NCBI RefSeq assembly: GCF_004010195.1
Contig: NC_057719.1
Span: 23,670,313-23,734,312 of the forward strand
DNA from: Chiloscyllium plagiosum
Lineage: Eukaryota
DNA: 64,000 nucleotides
Reading direction: 5' to 3'
The notes under the pieces: generated by a model
Told to the model about the DNA's origin: nothing
Seen by the model: only the letters and a program-made list of their open reading frames with translations
Database searches by the model: none
Shown here: one piece after another, positions 23,145 to 37,014 of the stretch
Position numbering within the stretch: position 1 is the stretch's first letter
How the letters are laid out: each line of letters opens with the position of its first letter
Position numbers and translations under genes: made by a program

Positions 23145-23560
23145 ATGGGGATGCAATGGCCTCATGGCATTATCGCTGGGCTGTTAATCCAGAAACCCAG
23201 GTAATGTTCTGGAGACCCGGGTTTAAAACCCGCCATTGCAGATGGTAGAATTTGAATTCAATAAATATCTGAGGGTCGGTTGTTGGGCCAAAGGGCCTGT
23301 TTCCACACTGTAAGTAATCTAATCTAATCTGGCACTAAGAATCCAATGATGACCATGAAACCACTATCAATTGTCGTAAAAAAACCATCTGGCTCATTAA
23401 TATCCTTTGGGAAGGAAACTGTCATCCTTACCTGGTCTCGCCAACATGTGAATCCAGACCCACGTTAATGTGGTTGACCCTTAAATGACCTCTGGACAAT
23501 CAAGAGTGGGTAGTAAATTCTGCATAGTCCACAACGCCCTCACCTCATGAATGACTAAAG
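23145..23560 (+). mobile_element. tRNA-derived SINE family B with an HE1 tail fragment inserted at 23271-23330
   Basis: Head ...gacccgggtttaaaacccgcc, core ggaaggaaactgtcatccttacctggtct, tail like LINE family B; inserted gggcctgtttccacactgtaagtaatcta. Confidence 0.85.
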
Positions 23561-23664
23561 AAGGAAAAAAAATACAATACAGGGTACTGCACTAATTTCC
23601 CCTGCTCCTGCCTCCTGTGCAATAATGACTCTGTCATTAGGACCCTGGATCTAAACCTCCTATG

Positions 23665-26110
23665 TGGTTAGGAGGTACAAGTTGGCAATGATGGATTGGG
23701 GAATCTTGGTAAAAGAAATTGGCAGTGGCTAATGTTTAAGGAACATATGCATGAATTACAGTGATCAAACATTGTAATCTGGTGCAAAACATGGTTCAAC
23801 CGCAGTTTACAAGAGAAATTAGGGATGATATTATTTCCAAAGAGACCACACATAAAATTGCAAAATATAAAATTAAAGCAGCAAACCTGCAGACTGAGAA
23901 CAGTTTAGGAATCAGTGAAGTGGGTCAAAAAGATTGATTAAGAGGGGGAAAATAGAGTATGACAGGAACGTAAAAATCTCACCACAAAACTTCAATAAAT
24001 ACATGAGGTGATAAGGATTAACAAAAATAAACATAGGTCCTTTATGGTCAGAAATGGAGAAATTATGATGGGAGCAAAGAAATAGCAGGAAAATTGAACA
24101 CATATCTTGTTTCTGTCTTCACAAAAGAAAATGCAAATAATTTCCCAGAAATTTTAGGGAAGCAAGGGTTGAGAACGAGGGAGGAGTTGAAGAAAATCAT
24201 TATTATTTTTAAAAAATCATGGTGCTAGAGAAATTAAAGTGAGTAAAGGCTGGCAAAACACCAGGGTTTAATAATCTGCCCAGGAAACGTAGGTTTGGTT
24301 GGTAGACATCTTCCAAAATTCTATCATCTCCAGAGCAGTTCCTATAGATTGGAGGGTGCAGTTGTAAGACCACTATTTAACAAAGGAGAAAATAAAAAAA
24401 AACAGAGAATTACAAATCAATTTCCCTAATATCATAGTGAGGAATATGCTAGAATCTATTATAAAAGATGTGATTTTAAAAAAGCAGTTGGAAAGCATGA
24501 ATGGGATGAAACAATGTCACCGTGAAAGGAAATCATGCTTAACAAATCTATTGGAATTAGTTGAGGATGGAACTAGTAGAATAGATAAGGGAGAACCAGT
24601 GGATGTTGTGTATTCAGATTTCAAGAAGACTTTTAAATAAGCTCACACATAAGAGGTTAGTAGGTAAAATTAAAGCACATGGGATTACGATAATACATTG
24701 ATTGCTTAACAGACCAGAAATGGACTAAGGGAATAATGGGTCTTTTTCTACTTGGTGACGAGTGGTGCACAGCAGAAATTAGTTCCTGGCTTCAGCTATT
24801 CACATATATATGACTCAGATAGGAGAATCAAATACAATATTTCAAAGTTTGCTGAAAAATGCTTCTCTTTCTTTAAAATTAGGTGGGATTGTGAATTTTG
24901 AGTAAGATGTAAGGAAGTCTCTGGCTGATCTAAACAAGGTGACTGTGTGAGAAAAGACATGACAGATGTAGTATAATATGGATAAATGTAAAGTTGTATA
25001 CTTTGGTTTTAAAAACAAAAAAGCTGAGCATTACTTAAATATTGGTGTTATATTGGGAAATGTGGATGTTGAAATGGACCCAGGTGTCCTTATACATCAG
25101 TCATACAGTTGTACAGCACAGAAATAGGCCCTTTGGCTCAACTCATCCATACTGACCAGATTTCCTCAACTGAACTCATCCCATTTGTCTGCGTTTGCCC
25201 ATATATCTCTAAAAATTTCCTATCCATGTGCCTGTCCAAGCGTCTTTTAAATGTTGTAATTGTACCCACCTCTACCACTCCCTCTGGCAATTTGTTCCAT
25301 ATAGGCACCATCCTCTGCGTAAAAAATGTTGCCCCTCAGGTCCCTTTTAAAGTTTTCACTCTCAGCTCAAACCTATGCTCTCTATTTTGGACTCCCCAAC
25401 CCCAGGAAAAACATCTTGGCTATTCACCTTATCTGTGCTACTTGTGATTTTGTAAACCTCTAATAGGGCACTCCTCAGCTTCTTACACTTCAGGGGAAAA
25501 AAAACAGGCAGGTGCTGCAAGCAATTAGGAAGTAGATTGTATGCTTGGTCTTGTCATGGTATTACAAGGGATTTGAGTTCAGAAGTAGGGATGGCTTATT
25601 GTAGTTACACAGAGCCTTGGTAAGACAGTACCTGGAGTATTGTATGCAGTTTTGGTCTCCCTGCCAAAAAGAGGTGCACTTACCATAAAGGGTGTTCAGT
25701 GAAGGTTCACAAGGCTGATACCAGGGATGACAGAAACCAGTCCTATGAGGAGGGATTGGTTGAACTATGTCTGTATTCTCCAGCGTTTAGAAGAATGGGG
25801 ATCTGGTTGAAATGTACAACATTCTAACAGGATTGGACAAACTATATTCATGGAGGATGTTTCCCCTGGCTGGGATTCTAGAATAGGTAAGTCTTCAGGA
25901 CTGAAATGAGGAAACATTTCTTCACTCAGAGGCTCATCAACCTGTGAATGTTGTAGAATCTGGGTCACTGAATATGTTCAAGAAAGAGAATGATAAATGT
26001 TTAGATATTAGAGGAATTAAGGGATGTGGAGAGAAAGTCAGACTATGGCGTTGAACTAGATGAACAGTCATGATCATCTTGAATGGTAGAATAAATTCTT
26101 TGATAAACAC
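23665..26110 (+). mobile_element. Decayed CR1 LINE
   Basis: KSCLTNLLE...DKGEPVDVVYSDFKK ORF; LEYCMQFWSP motif near 25630; CR1 3' UTR. Confidence 0.9.
25100..25500 (-). mobile_element. CR1 (HER1-like) 3' end nested in CR1
   Basis: tcatacagttgtacagcacagaaatagg...ctattcaccttatctgtg. Confidence 0.85.
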
Positions 26111-26266
26111 ATGGCCTTTGTTCAGCAAATTTTAACTTTCAAACTGGATTGTATATTTCTGGAAAATATTTATGTTGAAATAGTTGCCTGCCTGGCAAAA
26201 TGTTACTCATTTGCACATGTCCGGCCTTTGGAACTGGAGGACAAGTGGCAGCAGAAAAGAAGATTG

Positions 26267-27643
26267 GTGAGGGCAGGAAAAGATGAAAGAACTGGGATAA
26301 TGATAGACCACGACCACAATAGGTTTCCAGGAGCACTTCTAATGGATCAGGCCAGACTCCCTCAAAATACTTCAAGAATGAAACCCAGACTCTAGTGTTT
26401 TATTCTATTTTAGGCAGCTCTGTTATGAAGATGTGGGTGTAATCTACCTTTAACAGAGTAAAAGCCAACAGTGACAGCACCAAGTGTTCTCAATAAGATA
26501 CAATGCAACATGTGCTCCAGCTACTGGGTTAGTTGGTTGCCTGGAAATGACAAAACAGATTCAAATCAGTTTAAAAGGCCAATCAGTTTAAATTAAACCC
26601 CAAAACATACCAAATTCTAATCAAGTTTGAATTGAGTATATTGCTAATCCTAAAAGAAAATAACACAATCCAATGCTTTGGGGTATAAGACCGGGGAAAA
26701 TTGAACAGTTGGGAGGAGAACTGCCACTAGACCAATAGCTGTAGACTGCTAGTCAGAACTCTGAGAGGTACCTGTCTAGAAAAGGAGTTTGCACAGAGAA
26801 AAACCTCAACACTGACCTGGAGAGCAGATCTACCGACAAAGATAAAGGAAAGATTCGACCACTGGCTGGTTTTAAAATTTGAATTTTTCTGTAAATCTTA
26901 ATCAGGGGAGTTTTTTCAGACTAGTAATATAGAATGAGAGGTTAGAGAATGGTGTTGTAAATTGTTGTTAGTTAATTATTCTCTGTTATATTTTAAGAAA
27001 TAAGGTTGTTAATTTTTACTTTAAATAGTTTGTGGCCACACACAGTTTTACAGATTATTGCACAGGATAAATCTTTTCTGTGTGGCTGCTTTTAAATTAA
27101 GCAGGAGAGTTTATCCTATGTTGTAACAGATGTAAGTGGATATTCCAGTAGTGTTGCAGCTGGTCACACCACTCAGCTTTAAACAAAAAAGAATTGATTT
27201 AAACCCTACAAATGAAACACAAACAAAAGAAAACAGAATTTAGAATAACAACTTATTTGAAAACCCAACTGACTCTATTGCAACTTAATGAAGCTGTTTC
27301 AATCCTCATAATGTCCCATAATCACATCCCTTGGCAAAAGATACATTCAAACACAGGTGCTGACAGGCAGGAGAGATTTCAGAGAGAAAGTCCAGGGAAG
27401 ACCTCTGTTGAAGCATGGAATCTCTTTTCACTGTAGCTGCTTCTCTACGTCCCCAGCAGTTTTTTGACTCCCCGCTAAAAAAAAACAAACTAAGTTAAAA
27501 ACCTGAACTGGGATAATTGGCCACTCCCCTGCTATGGTTTAAATTAAGCTCTTTCTGAGGCATATCAACACTTCTGCCTTTATGACCCCTCTTGAGAAAA
27601 ACCGAGGACAACATAACCTTGTAAAAGGGGCAGCATTGTCACA
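26267..27643 (-). mobile_element. Probable solo LTR hosting another LTR
   Basis: Ends gcagcattgtcaca (TG start on the minus strand), reverse TATA-like tttatgacccc; left boundary uncertain. Confidence 0.55.
26421..27128 (+). mobile_element. Solo LTR
   Basis: tgttatg...tgtaaca termini, gggtataag TATA, aaataag polyA-like signal. Confidence 0.7.
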
Positions 27644-27977
27644 CACTATAGAGCAATATATGAAGTACACCCACAGTCCACTTAGCAGACCGTCATCCCC
27701 TAAAGCAACAACTAGAACCCCCAGGGCATGAAGTTGCAACTTATGACTGTCAAGACCACCATTGTTCTGAATTTTAATGCATCAGAGTCATTCCACACTG
27801 CAACAAGCTATGTCAGTGATATTCCAGTTTGTTCTGTTACTGCTGCCTCAGGATGGTAACCAGTCTTGGGAAGAGCAGTGAAACCTCCTTCATTGTGGAG
27901 CAGGTGAAACTTGGGGGAAGGGGAATGATGTCTGATGCAGCTGATTGTGTGGTAGAGACAAGGACGTTGCTGAACTG

Positions 27978-29460
27978 CTTTTTTAAATTCATTCATGGGA
28001 TCTGTGCATTGCTGGCTGGACGTTTATTTATTGCCCATGTCTAGTTGCCTTGGGGAGGAAGTGTTGAATTGCTGCAGTCCATGTGCTGGAGGTAGACTCA
28101 CAATGGGTGTTCCAGGGGTTCCAGGGGTTTGATCCAGTGATACTGAAGGACAGCTAATATACTTCCAAGTTAGGATGATGAGTGGCTTGGAAGGGAATTT
28201 GTAGGTGGTGCTGTTCCTACATATCTATTGCCTTTCTCCTTCTGGATGGAAGTGGTCATGGATTTGGAAGATGCTGTCTAAGAAGCCTTTATGAATTTCT
28301 GCATTGTATCGTGTAGACAATGCATACGGCTGTTACTCACCATCAGTGGTGGAGGGAGTGGATGTTTCTAGCTGTGGTGTCAGTCAAGCAGGCTGCTTTG
28401 TCCCAGATGATGTCAAAATCCTTGAATGCTGTGTGTGCTGCACTTCTCCAGGTGAGTGGGGAGTATTCCATACCACTCCTGACTTGTGCCTTATTGATGG
28501 TAGGCAGGCTTTGGGAAATCAGGAAGTGAGTTACTTGGTGCAGAATTCCTAGTCTCTGACCTGCTCTTGTAACCACTATATTTCTGTGATGAGTCCAGTT
28601 CAGTTTATGGTCAATGCTGACCACCAGCATGTTGATAATGAGGGATTCAGTAATGTAATGCCATTGAACGTCAAGGGATAATGGTTAGCTTCTGTCTTGT
28701 TGAAGCTGGTCATTGCAGGGCATTTGTATGGCAAAAATATTACTTTCCACTTTCCAGCTCCAACCTAGATACTGATCAGATTTTGCAGCATTTGGGCACA
28801 GATTGCTTCAGTGACTGAGGAGTCGCAAATGGTGCTGAACGGTGTGCAATCATTAGCAAACATCCCCACTTCTGACTTTATGATGGAGGGAAGGTAATTG
28901 ATGAAGCAGCTGAAGATGGTTGGGCCTAGGACACTACCCTGAGGAACTCCTGGAGAGATGTCTTGGAGCTGAGATGATTGACCTCCAAAAACCACAACCA
29001 TCTTCCTTTGTTCCAGGTATGATTCCAATCAATGGAAAGTTTGCCCCTAATTCCCATTGACTCCAGTTTTGCTGTGGCATTCTAATACCACACTCAGTTA
29101 AATGTGGGCTTGATGTCAGGGGCTATCATTCTCATCTCATATTAAAATTCAACTGTTTTGTTTTCCTTATTTGAACTAAGGCCATAATCAGATGCTAAAT
29201 AGCCCTGATGAAACCAAAACTGGGCATCAGTGAGAAAATTATTGCTAAGTAAATACTACTTAATCACACTGCTGACAACATCTTCCATCGCTTTACTGAG
29301 TCCTAAGAGTAGATGACTGGGGCAGTAACTAACTGGATTGGATTTAGCCTGCTTTTTGTGGGCAATTTTCCACATTGATGGGTAGATGTCAGTGTTGCAG
29401 CTGTACTGAAACAGCTTAGCCAGGAGGGTGACAGGTTCTGGAGCACATGTCTTCAGTAAC
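27978..29460 (-). mobile_element. LINE family B (CR1/L2-like), RT and 3' end
   Basis: ORFs GVPQGSVLGPTIFSCFINYLP...MFANDCT and KAQVRSGMEYSPLTW. Confidence 0.92.
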
Positions 29461-30077
29461 AAGAGTTAACAGCATGTCAGCCTTATTAACATCCTGAGAG
29501 CAGGTGCCTTTGCCATAGAGCCAACTTAATTCTCCTGACAGTACACTCTAATATTCATGTGACAACAAAGTACAGATGATATGATTTAGCTTTAAGGCAA
29601 GTATCCACTCTGCCCTTCATGCCTTGAAAGCCAGAGGGGCCTCTAGAGTTCAGATGGGAGAAATCAAAGCTTCAATAGTTTTTAATTTCTTTGGCATTTT
29701 TCTTTCAAAATTAGCTTGTTAAAGACATACGATCTCACAATACTTTTGTTATTTTATGGCAGGGTAACTAGGGTTGGGGAAAAGTTGTGAGGAAAAACAC
29801 ATTGATGCAGCAATCTGGGTCTAAAAGTCTTACTCTCCAGAGGCTGTACGATGACAGCTCCATTACAGTGTTCATAGAACTGTACCCATATTGTCCAGGG
29901 TGATGACATGGTCTTACTGTAAAGTACTGGTTTACATTGAAGCTGCATTCTGCATGGTCTCAGCCTGCAATTTCACTGACAAAGAGCCCGATTCACTCAA
30001 CTTTTCCTGTGGTATTATCCAGAGCCTTCTTTTGTTGGCTGTTTTTGGGTTTTGCACACAAAATTTAAATTAAATCT

Positions 30078-30365
30078 GCAGTGTGGTACAGGTAAGATGT
30101 TATAATGCAGCCCTATGTGCTTCTCAACTGGATGCAAATGATCACATGGCACTATTTGGAAGATGTTCGGATGAGTTCCACCCCAAAAGCCTGGCCAATG
30201 TTTATCCAATCACAATCATGATGTGATTATCACACTACTGTGGGTAAATTGGTTGCTGCATTTCCTACATTCCTTCAAAAGTGCTTTTTTTTGGCTGAAG
30301 AATATTTTGGAATCTCCTGAGGTCATAAAAGGTGCTACACCGAGGCAATTTTGTCAGTTTATAAA
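30078..30365 (+). mobile_element. Deu-domain SINE core and tail
   Basis: gatcacatggcactatttggaaga...cctggccaatgtttatcc; L2-type tail cctgaggtcataaaaggtgcta. Confidence 0.75.
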
Positions 30366-32337
30366 CAATGACTATGAAGAGAAGATGCAGAGATTGTAAA
30401 AGTGTGGAAAGAAAGAGGGATGGGGAGGGTTGTGTGTCATGTGACTGCAATCCCATATATGTTTGGGATAGGCGCATCACTAACATGACTGGCATTTCTT
30501 TGCCAACCTTTTTTCTGAACTTAACTGTCCAGATTGCTTTGGTTGCAATTGAATGGCTTACTGGGCAATGTCAAAGGGTAATTAAAACTTACTTAAATAG
30601 TAACAATGTGAGAAAAACTCTAGAAATAGCACATGGATCAAAAATAGATCTAGTTGAATGGTGGAGCAAGTTTGAAAGGCTGAATGGCCTACACTTGCTT
30701 CTATTTCCTATTAATCAACATGATATGATGCTTGAATCACATGTAATCCAGGTCAGATAATGCTAACAAGATTCATTCCCTGGGCTTTAATTTTTCCACT
30801 GCTCCATCATCTCCAAGTAGGTGCCCAGAGAGTAAGAAATGCCCTGAGTATGGATAGTGTTAGTATTAAAAGAGCTAGCAGCAGGAATTGGCAATGGTCT
30901 CAGAGACTGTATGAATGGTGTATGTCACACCCTTCATGCCATTTCTCAGCACAATCAAATTCCAAAATCACATTGCGTTTTGCTGTCAATGTTGAAGTTA
31001 TTGGTTTCAAGGAGACACAGAATGAAAGCAGAATTTGGCACTGCCAGCTATATTACAGCTTGCATTTTGTGGCTTGTCCGGTGCCTATGTGTTTCATGAT
31101 TTCCTTTAAGTGCCAAAGCTCAAGTGCCATTTGCTCAAACCTCATTGTAACACAGTCCTAAGCATCTAAACATATGTTCTATTACAGTGATGTGATTACA
31201 AGCGCAAAATGAGAAAAAGCTATTATTTACCCCATTCAATCTCCCAAGGCAGTTGGCTAACCACAGTTATGGTTTCCAAGCAGAGAAAATTGCAACATTT
31301 CTCCTTGAGGCATTTGACAAGGTTCTCTGTATCACAGATAGAGGACATTGAATCATAAATCAAAACACATTATTGTAACCTTAGGGTAAATTCAGGAATC
31401 CAACATTCAGCAGTAGAAAAAGCATATTTAAACAAACTGCAAATCGGAAATAAAGCTACCACAGCGTAACCCTAATTTGATAACCCATACTTCTGTTCAG
31501 CTCGGATTCACCACTAAGACCACAGGATTATTGAGCTTAATTATACATTTAAACTATTTTTAGCTATTTAGATGAGTTAAAATTCAAGATATGCTCACCA
31601 TGCAGATCAATTCTGTTTGTTTGAACTACCTTTCAAAGTAAGTCAAATAAGAAATTAGCTGTGTCTGTACCTTACTGGGTTGGAATTCAAATCAGTAAAG
31701 AAACTATTGTCCCTGGATAGTACTGAAGTTGGTAAAGTTATGAAACATACCACTTAATTGCTTTGGATATTTCCTGTGTGACAGTTCAACTCATATCACA
31801 TTGAAATACAAATGATTCGCTTCCAAAGAGGCAGAAATTGTAGCTGAAAGCATTATGTATTCATTGTATATCATTCCTGCAGAGCTAGACATAGTACAGT
31901 AATTTTGCAATCCTCTCTCTGTTTCTCAGCATGTTTGCTCTAATTTGCCTGTAAAATTCCTGAAAAAGAGCTCTATTCATAATACAACCAGATAATATAT
32001 GATCCTGAGACACTTACTGATAGCTTATCCATGACTGGATGCCATGTTAACTTTAAGGTGCATAAAGGCGTCTGTGAATTGCAGGTAATGACCATCATAT
32101 TTCCCTCTGGCAAGCAAATCCAGTGAATATATAATGGATCCCATCACTAAGTGCACTGTACTTGTTCAGCTGCAAAATCGAGCAAGTTTTATCAAATTTC
32201 GGCAATACCTGACAACTGGGAAAGCAAAGCTTTAGCTATTAGAAGACCACAATTTCCTCGAACACCAAATTAGTTTCTAAATCTGAAGATGACACAAAAT
32301 GTGAAAGTTCAATGAACTATAAGCAGAGTAATCGTTG

Positions 32338-33300
32338 ATTCACAGAGATGTACAGCATGTTAACAGACCTTTTGGTCCATTGCTATGATATCCTAAATTA
32401 TTCTAGTCCCATTTGCCAGCACTTGGCCCATATCCATCTAAACCCTTCCTATTCGTATACCCATCCAGATGCCTTTTACATGTTGTCAATGTCCCAGCTT
32501 CCACCACTTCATGTGGCATCTCATTCTATACACCCACCATTCTCTGTGCGAGAACATTGCGCCTTAGGTTCTTTTTAAATCTTTCCCCTCTCACCTTAAA
32601 CCTATACCTCTAGTTTTGAATTCCCTTACCCTGGGAAAAAGACCTTGACTATTCACCCTTTCCATGCCCCTCATGATTATATAAACCTCTATCTGGTCAT
32701 ACATCAGCCTCCAGTACTCCAGGGAAACTAACCCCAGCCTATTCAGTGTCTCTCTATAGCTCAAACCCTCCATCCCTGGGAACATCCTTGTAAATCCTTT
32801 CTAGACCCCTTTCAAGTTTCACAACATCTTTCCTATAGTAGGGAGACCAGAATTGAACACAGTATTCCAAGAGTGGCCTAACCAATGTCCTGTACAGTTG
32901 CAACGTAACCACCCAGCTCCTATACTCAATGCGTTGACCAATAAAGGCAAGTGTACCAAAAGCCTTCTTTACTACCCTGTCTACCAGCAACTCCACTTTC
33001 AAGGAGCTATGAATCTATATCCCAAGGTTTGATTGGCAACATTCCCCAAGACCCTACTATTAAGTGGATAAGTACCGCCGAGATTTGCCTTACCAAAATG
33101 CATCATCTCACATTTATCTAAATTAAACTCTGTCTGCCTTTCTTCAGCCAATCAGCCCATTTGATTACGGTCCTGTTGTATTCTGAGATAACCTTGTTCC
33201 CTGCATAGTGCAATGCCAATTTTGGTGTCATCTGCAAACGTACTCAACATATCTCCCATGTTCACATCTAAATCATTTATATAAATGACAAAAAGCAATG
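32338..33300 (-). mobile_element. CR1 (HER1-like) 3' part
   Basis: ORF LYRTLVRPLLEYCVQFWSPYYRKDV; tail cacagagatgtacagcat. Confidence 0.95.
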
Positions 33301-34105
33301 ATAGTGACAGGCTTCAAGAGAAAAGAGGCAATCTGCTGGACCGATGCCAGAATAAAGTTTAATGCAGAAAAGTGTGAATATATTTTGAGAGGGAGACCGA
33401 GGAGTTGCAATATACAGAAAAGGTGACATTCTATTCAGACTGGAGGAACAGAGAGGTCTATATATATATGTACAGTTAATTGAAAATTAAAGATATTTGT
33501 GATTCTCAGCATTAAAAGTAGAGACATGTTGGATGACAACTAATGCTGAACCTTTATGTTAGGTTTCAATAAACTGGAGCATTGTGTCAAGTTTTGCACA
33601 TTGCAGTTCAGAAAGGGCATGAATGCTTTAGAGAAGTCCAGAAAAGATTTACATGAATGCTGCCAAGGACGAGGAATTTCAGTCGAATGGGTAGATTGCA
33701 TATGGTTGGCTTTAGAGAAGAAATGGTTTAGAGAAGATTTGAAATAGGTGTTCAAAATCATGAGAGGGTTGGACAAATTACCCAGAGAGAAACTGTTCCC
33801 ACTGGCAGAAGAATCAAGAACCAAAGGACATCGATTTAAAGTGGTTGCCAAAGGTGGAAGAAAGAAAAACATTTTCACACAGCGAGTGTTTTCAATTTGG
33901 AATACATTGCCTGAGAGGCTGCTGGAGGCAGATTCAATCATGACTTTCAGTAGGGAGATAGGTAAGCATTTAAGGGAAAATAATTGCAGTAATACGAGAA
34001 ATATAATTGCAGGAATATGAAGAGTATGACTAGCTAAATTGCTCTTGCAGAGAGTTGACACGGACTCAATAGTCTCCTTAGTGTTGTAATCATTCTATGA
34101 TTCCT
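33301..34105 (+). mobile_element. Decayed CR1 3' part
   Basis: ORF KIMRGLDK...FTQRVFSIWNTLPE; tail cattctatgattc. Confidence 0.85.
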
Positions 34106-34225
34106 AAAAATAGCTCTGCATGAGACCAAAGAGTGACTGCTCCCTGATTCAGGTTAAACACTGTAAATGTCAAAAAGCTCAATCATCAGCACAACCTGTG
34201 TAATTCAGAGTTGATTCCTGTGTAG

Positions 34226-34573
34226 TATAGCAAATCCCTACAGTGTGGACACAGGCCATTCAACCCAATGAATCCTTACCAATCTTCTGAAGAACTGACC
34301 ATTCAAACCCGCTCCCACCCTATCCCTGTAACCCTGCATTTCCCATGGCTAATACACCTAGCCCACATAGCCCAGGACACTATGAGCAATTTAGCTTGGC
34401 CAATTCATCTAACCTGCATATATCTGGGGACTGTGGGAGGAAACTGGAGCAGCTGGAGGAAATCCAAGCAGACACAAGGGAATGTACAAACTCCACACAG
34501 ACAGTCGCCCAGGGGTGGAATTGAACCTGGGCTCCTGGTGCTGTGAGACAGCAGTGCTAACCAGTGAGCCCCC
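34226..34573 (-). mobile_element. HE1-like V-SINE, older copy
   Basis: ggactgtgggaggaaactggagc...ggaattgaacctggg...gcagtgctaaccagtgagcc. Confidence 0.9.
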
Positions 34574-35378
34574 ATATACTCTGAGGAAAATATTTATTGT
34601 GACTCTTCCAAATTGCAGGGTTTTGAATTCTATATTAAACCTCTGAGTAAGAAAATGTTTGTTGAATAACCATGTTGACTGAAAGGATAATCAGCAACTT
34701 GCAGAACAAACTAACAAGGTTTGTTGGACAATTAAGATTATTTACTAATATTTCATTAGTTCATACACTCCATTCTGCATAGGTTCAATATGTGATTGAT
34801 TTGTCTTGCCGATGGATTTCATGCTTCCTGTGTCTTCTCTTCTTGGTTCCTTGAACCTATTCTCTTGATCCGTGTGTCTTTTGAAATTTTATCTAAACTT
34901 AATTAATTTGAACACATATAGATCACTCTGCAGCTTTAAAGCTTCAACTCTATTGGGTCTTTTTCCAACCCACAATTTTGCTATTCTCCTGAACTCCTGA
35001 AGCTTCCAGTCCACTTTAATTGCATTTCACAGCTGCCTACTGGGTGTTTTATCACTTGCTTTCACTCTATTTCTGTCTAGTTGGTGGAAGCAATTCACTA
35101 CCAAACACTGTAGTTATATGTTTCTGTTCATTATCCCTTGAGAGAATTGCTTTATTCCTCGCAATCCTCTTGATACCAAATCCATTGATCTCTAATATTA
35201 GATTGTTATTGCAATCCTCAACCCTATAATAGTTACTTTGATCACTAACTAAGTCGGATACTGGTTTCCTACAGCCAAGTTTTAACCTGGGACAATTATT
35301 TGAGATAATAATTAAGCCAAAACTCACCAACTGGCAAAGTCCAACCCAAATAGTAACTAAATGTAACTGACAACTATT

Positions 35379-36878
35379 CCACCACCTGTTCTCTCCATCA
35401 TTGCTGCAGACATCAAACCGGTCTTCCTGAGAGTCAACTGAAGGAAAGCAATTGGCCTGGATAGATTCCCAGGCCGTGCACTCAGATCTTGTGCGGAGCA
35501 GCTGGTGGAGGTATTCACTAGCATCTTCAACCTCTTCCTCCTACAAGCCAAAGTCCCAAACTGCTTTAAGAAGATTACCATCATCCCAGTACCTAAGAAA
35601 GCACATGCAACATGCCATAATGACTACCGCCTGGTGGCTCTGATTTCAGTAATCATGAAGTGCTTCAAGAGGCTGTTTGTGGGCCACATCAGCTCCAATC
35701 TCCCAGCCTGTCTCGAACCTCTACAATTTGCCTATCAACATGACAGATCCACAGCGATTGCCAATTCCTTAGACCAACACTCATCCCTGGAACATCTGGA
35801 CAACAAAGCTACCTATGTCAGACTCCTATTCATCAACTACAGCTCCATCTTCAACACCATAATCCCCTCCAGACTGATCTCAAAACTCTGAGACCTAAAT
35901 CTCAGCTCTGACTCTGCAACAAGATGCTCAGCTTCCTGATCTACAGATCGTAATCAGTGAAAATTATCCACGATAAACTTCAACACTGGAGCCCCCCCAA
36001 GGATCTGTTCTCAGCTCCTTACATACTTCCTGTACACCCACAACTGGTTTGCTGATGACACCACCAGCATGAATAGGTAGGACGGATATCAAACAAGGAT
36101 GAACCAGAATGCAAAAAGAAGATTGGGGCTTGGTGTCATGGTGCCATGATAACAGCCTCTCTCAATGTCAGCAAAACTAAAGAACCCATCATTGACTTCA
36201 GAAAGAATGGAGGAGAACACACTCTCATCCACATCAACGGAGCTGTGGCAGAGAGGATCAAGACAATTGAGTTCCTAGGAGTGACGATAACTGACAACTT
36301 GTCTTGGATTTTCAAAGTAGATGTGATGGTCAAGCAGGCACAACAACACCTCTTCTTCAGCATGTCTATAAGGACTCTCATCAACTTTTACAGAGGCACC
36401 ATAGAAAGCATCCTGTCCGGGTGCATTACAGCAACCGCTCAGCCCAGGACCATTAGACAGAAGGTTGCATGCACAGCCCAGACCATCAGGGAAGCCAACC
36501 TTTCATCCATGGACTCCATTTACACTTCTGGTTACTGCGGAAAGGCTGCGAACATTATCAAAGACCCCTCCCACCCTAGTAGTGGTCTCTTACAACCTCT
36601 TTCATCAGGCTGAAGATACAGAAGCTTGAACACACATACCAACAGGTTCAAGAACAGCTTCTTCCCTGCCATTATTAGACTGATGAATGGACTCTTTAAC
36701 TTCAAATAATGTTGATTTTGTTCATGTTGATCGTTCTTTGCACACCTCCTGTGCAGTGTAACCTGTATGCCCATGCCTCACTCTGTTAAAGCATCCTATG
36801 GTCTGTATGTCCTTACTCAGCAAACAAAGCTTTTCACTGTACTTAGGCACATGTGATTACAATAAATCAAATCAAATC
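35379..36878 (+). mobile_element. Rex1/Babar LINE, 5'-truncated
   Basis: ORFs VPNCFKKITIIPVPKK...NDYRLVAL, PLQFAYQ, LNVSKTKEPIIDFRK; tail aataa(atcaa)n; 8-bp TSD caactatt at 35371 and 36879. Confidence 0.92.
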
Positions 36879-37014
36879 CAACTATTAGTCTGGTAAATGG
36901 CCCCCAGTTAATGTCCTGTGACAAATACTAACACTTAGCAAAGTCCTTACTTCAATTTTTATACCAATTTTGCAGGTAGCTTTGCAACATTTAACCCAAG
37001 CATCTGTATTTTAT

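Noticed and set aside
30368..31161. Adjacent 130-aa and 133-aa ORFs
   Set aside because: No recognisable domain; the first includes a CR1 tail fragment near 30630-30715; no supporting splice or codon pattern
33540..34061. 173-aa minus-strand ORF (and the 166-aa ORF at 53711-54211)
   Set aside because: Antisense to CR1 3' ends
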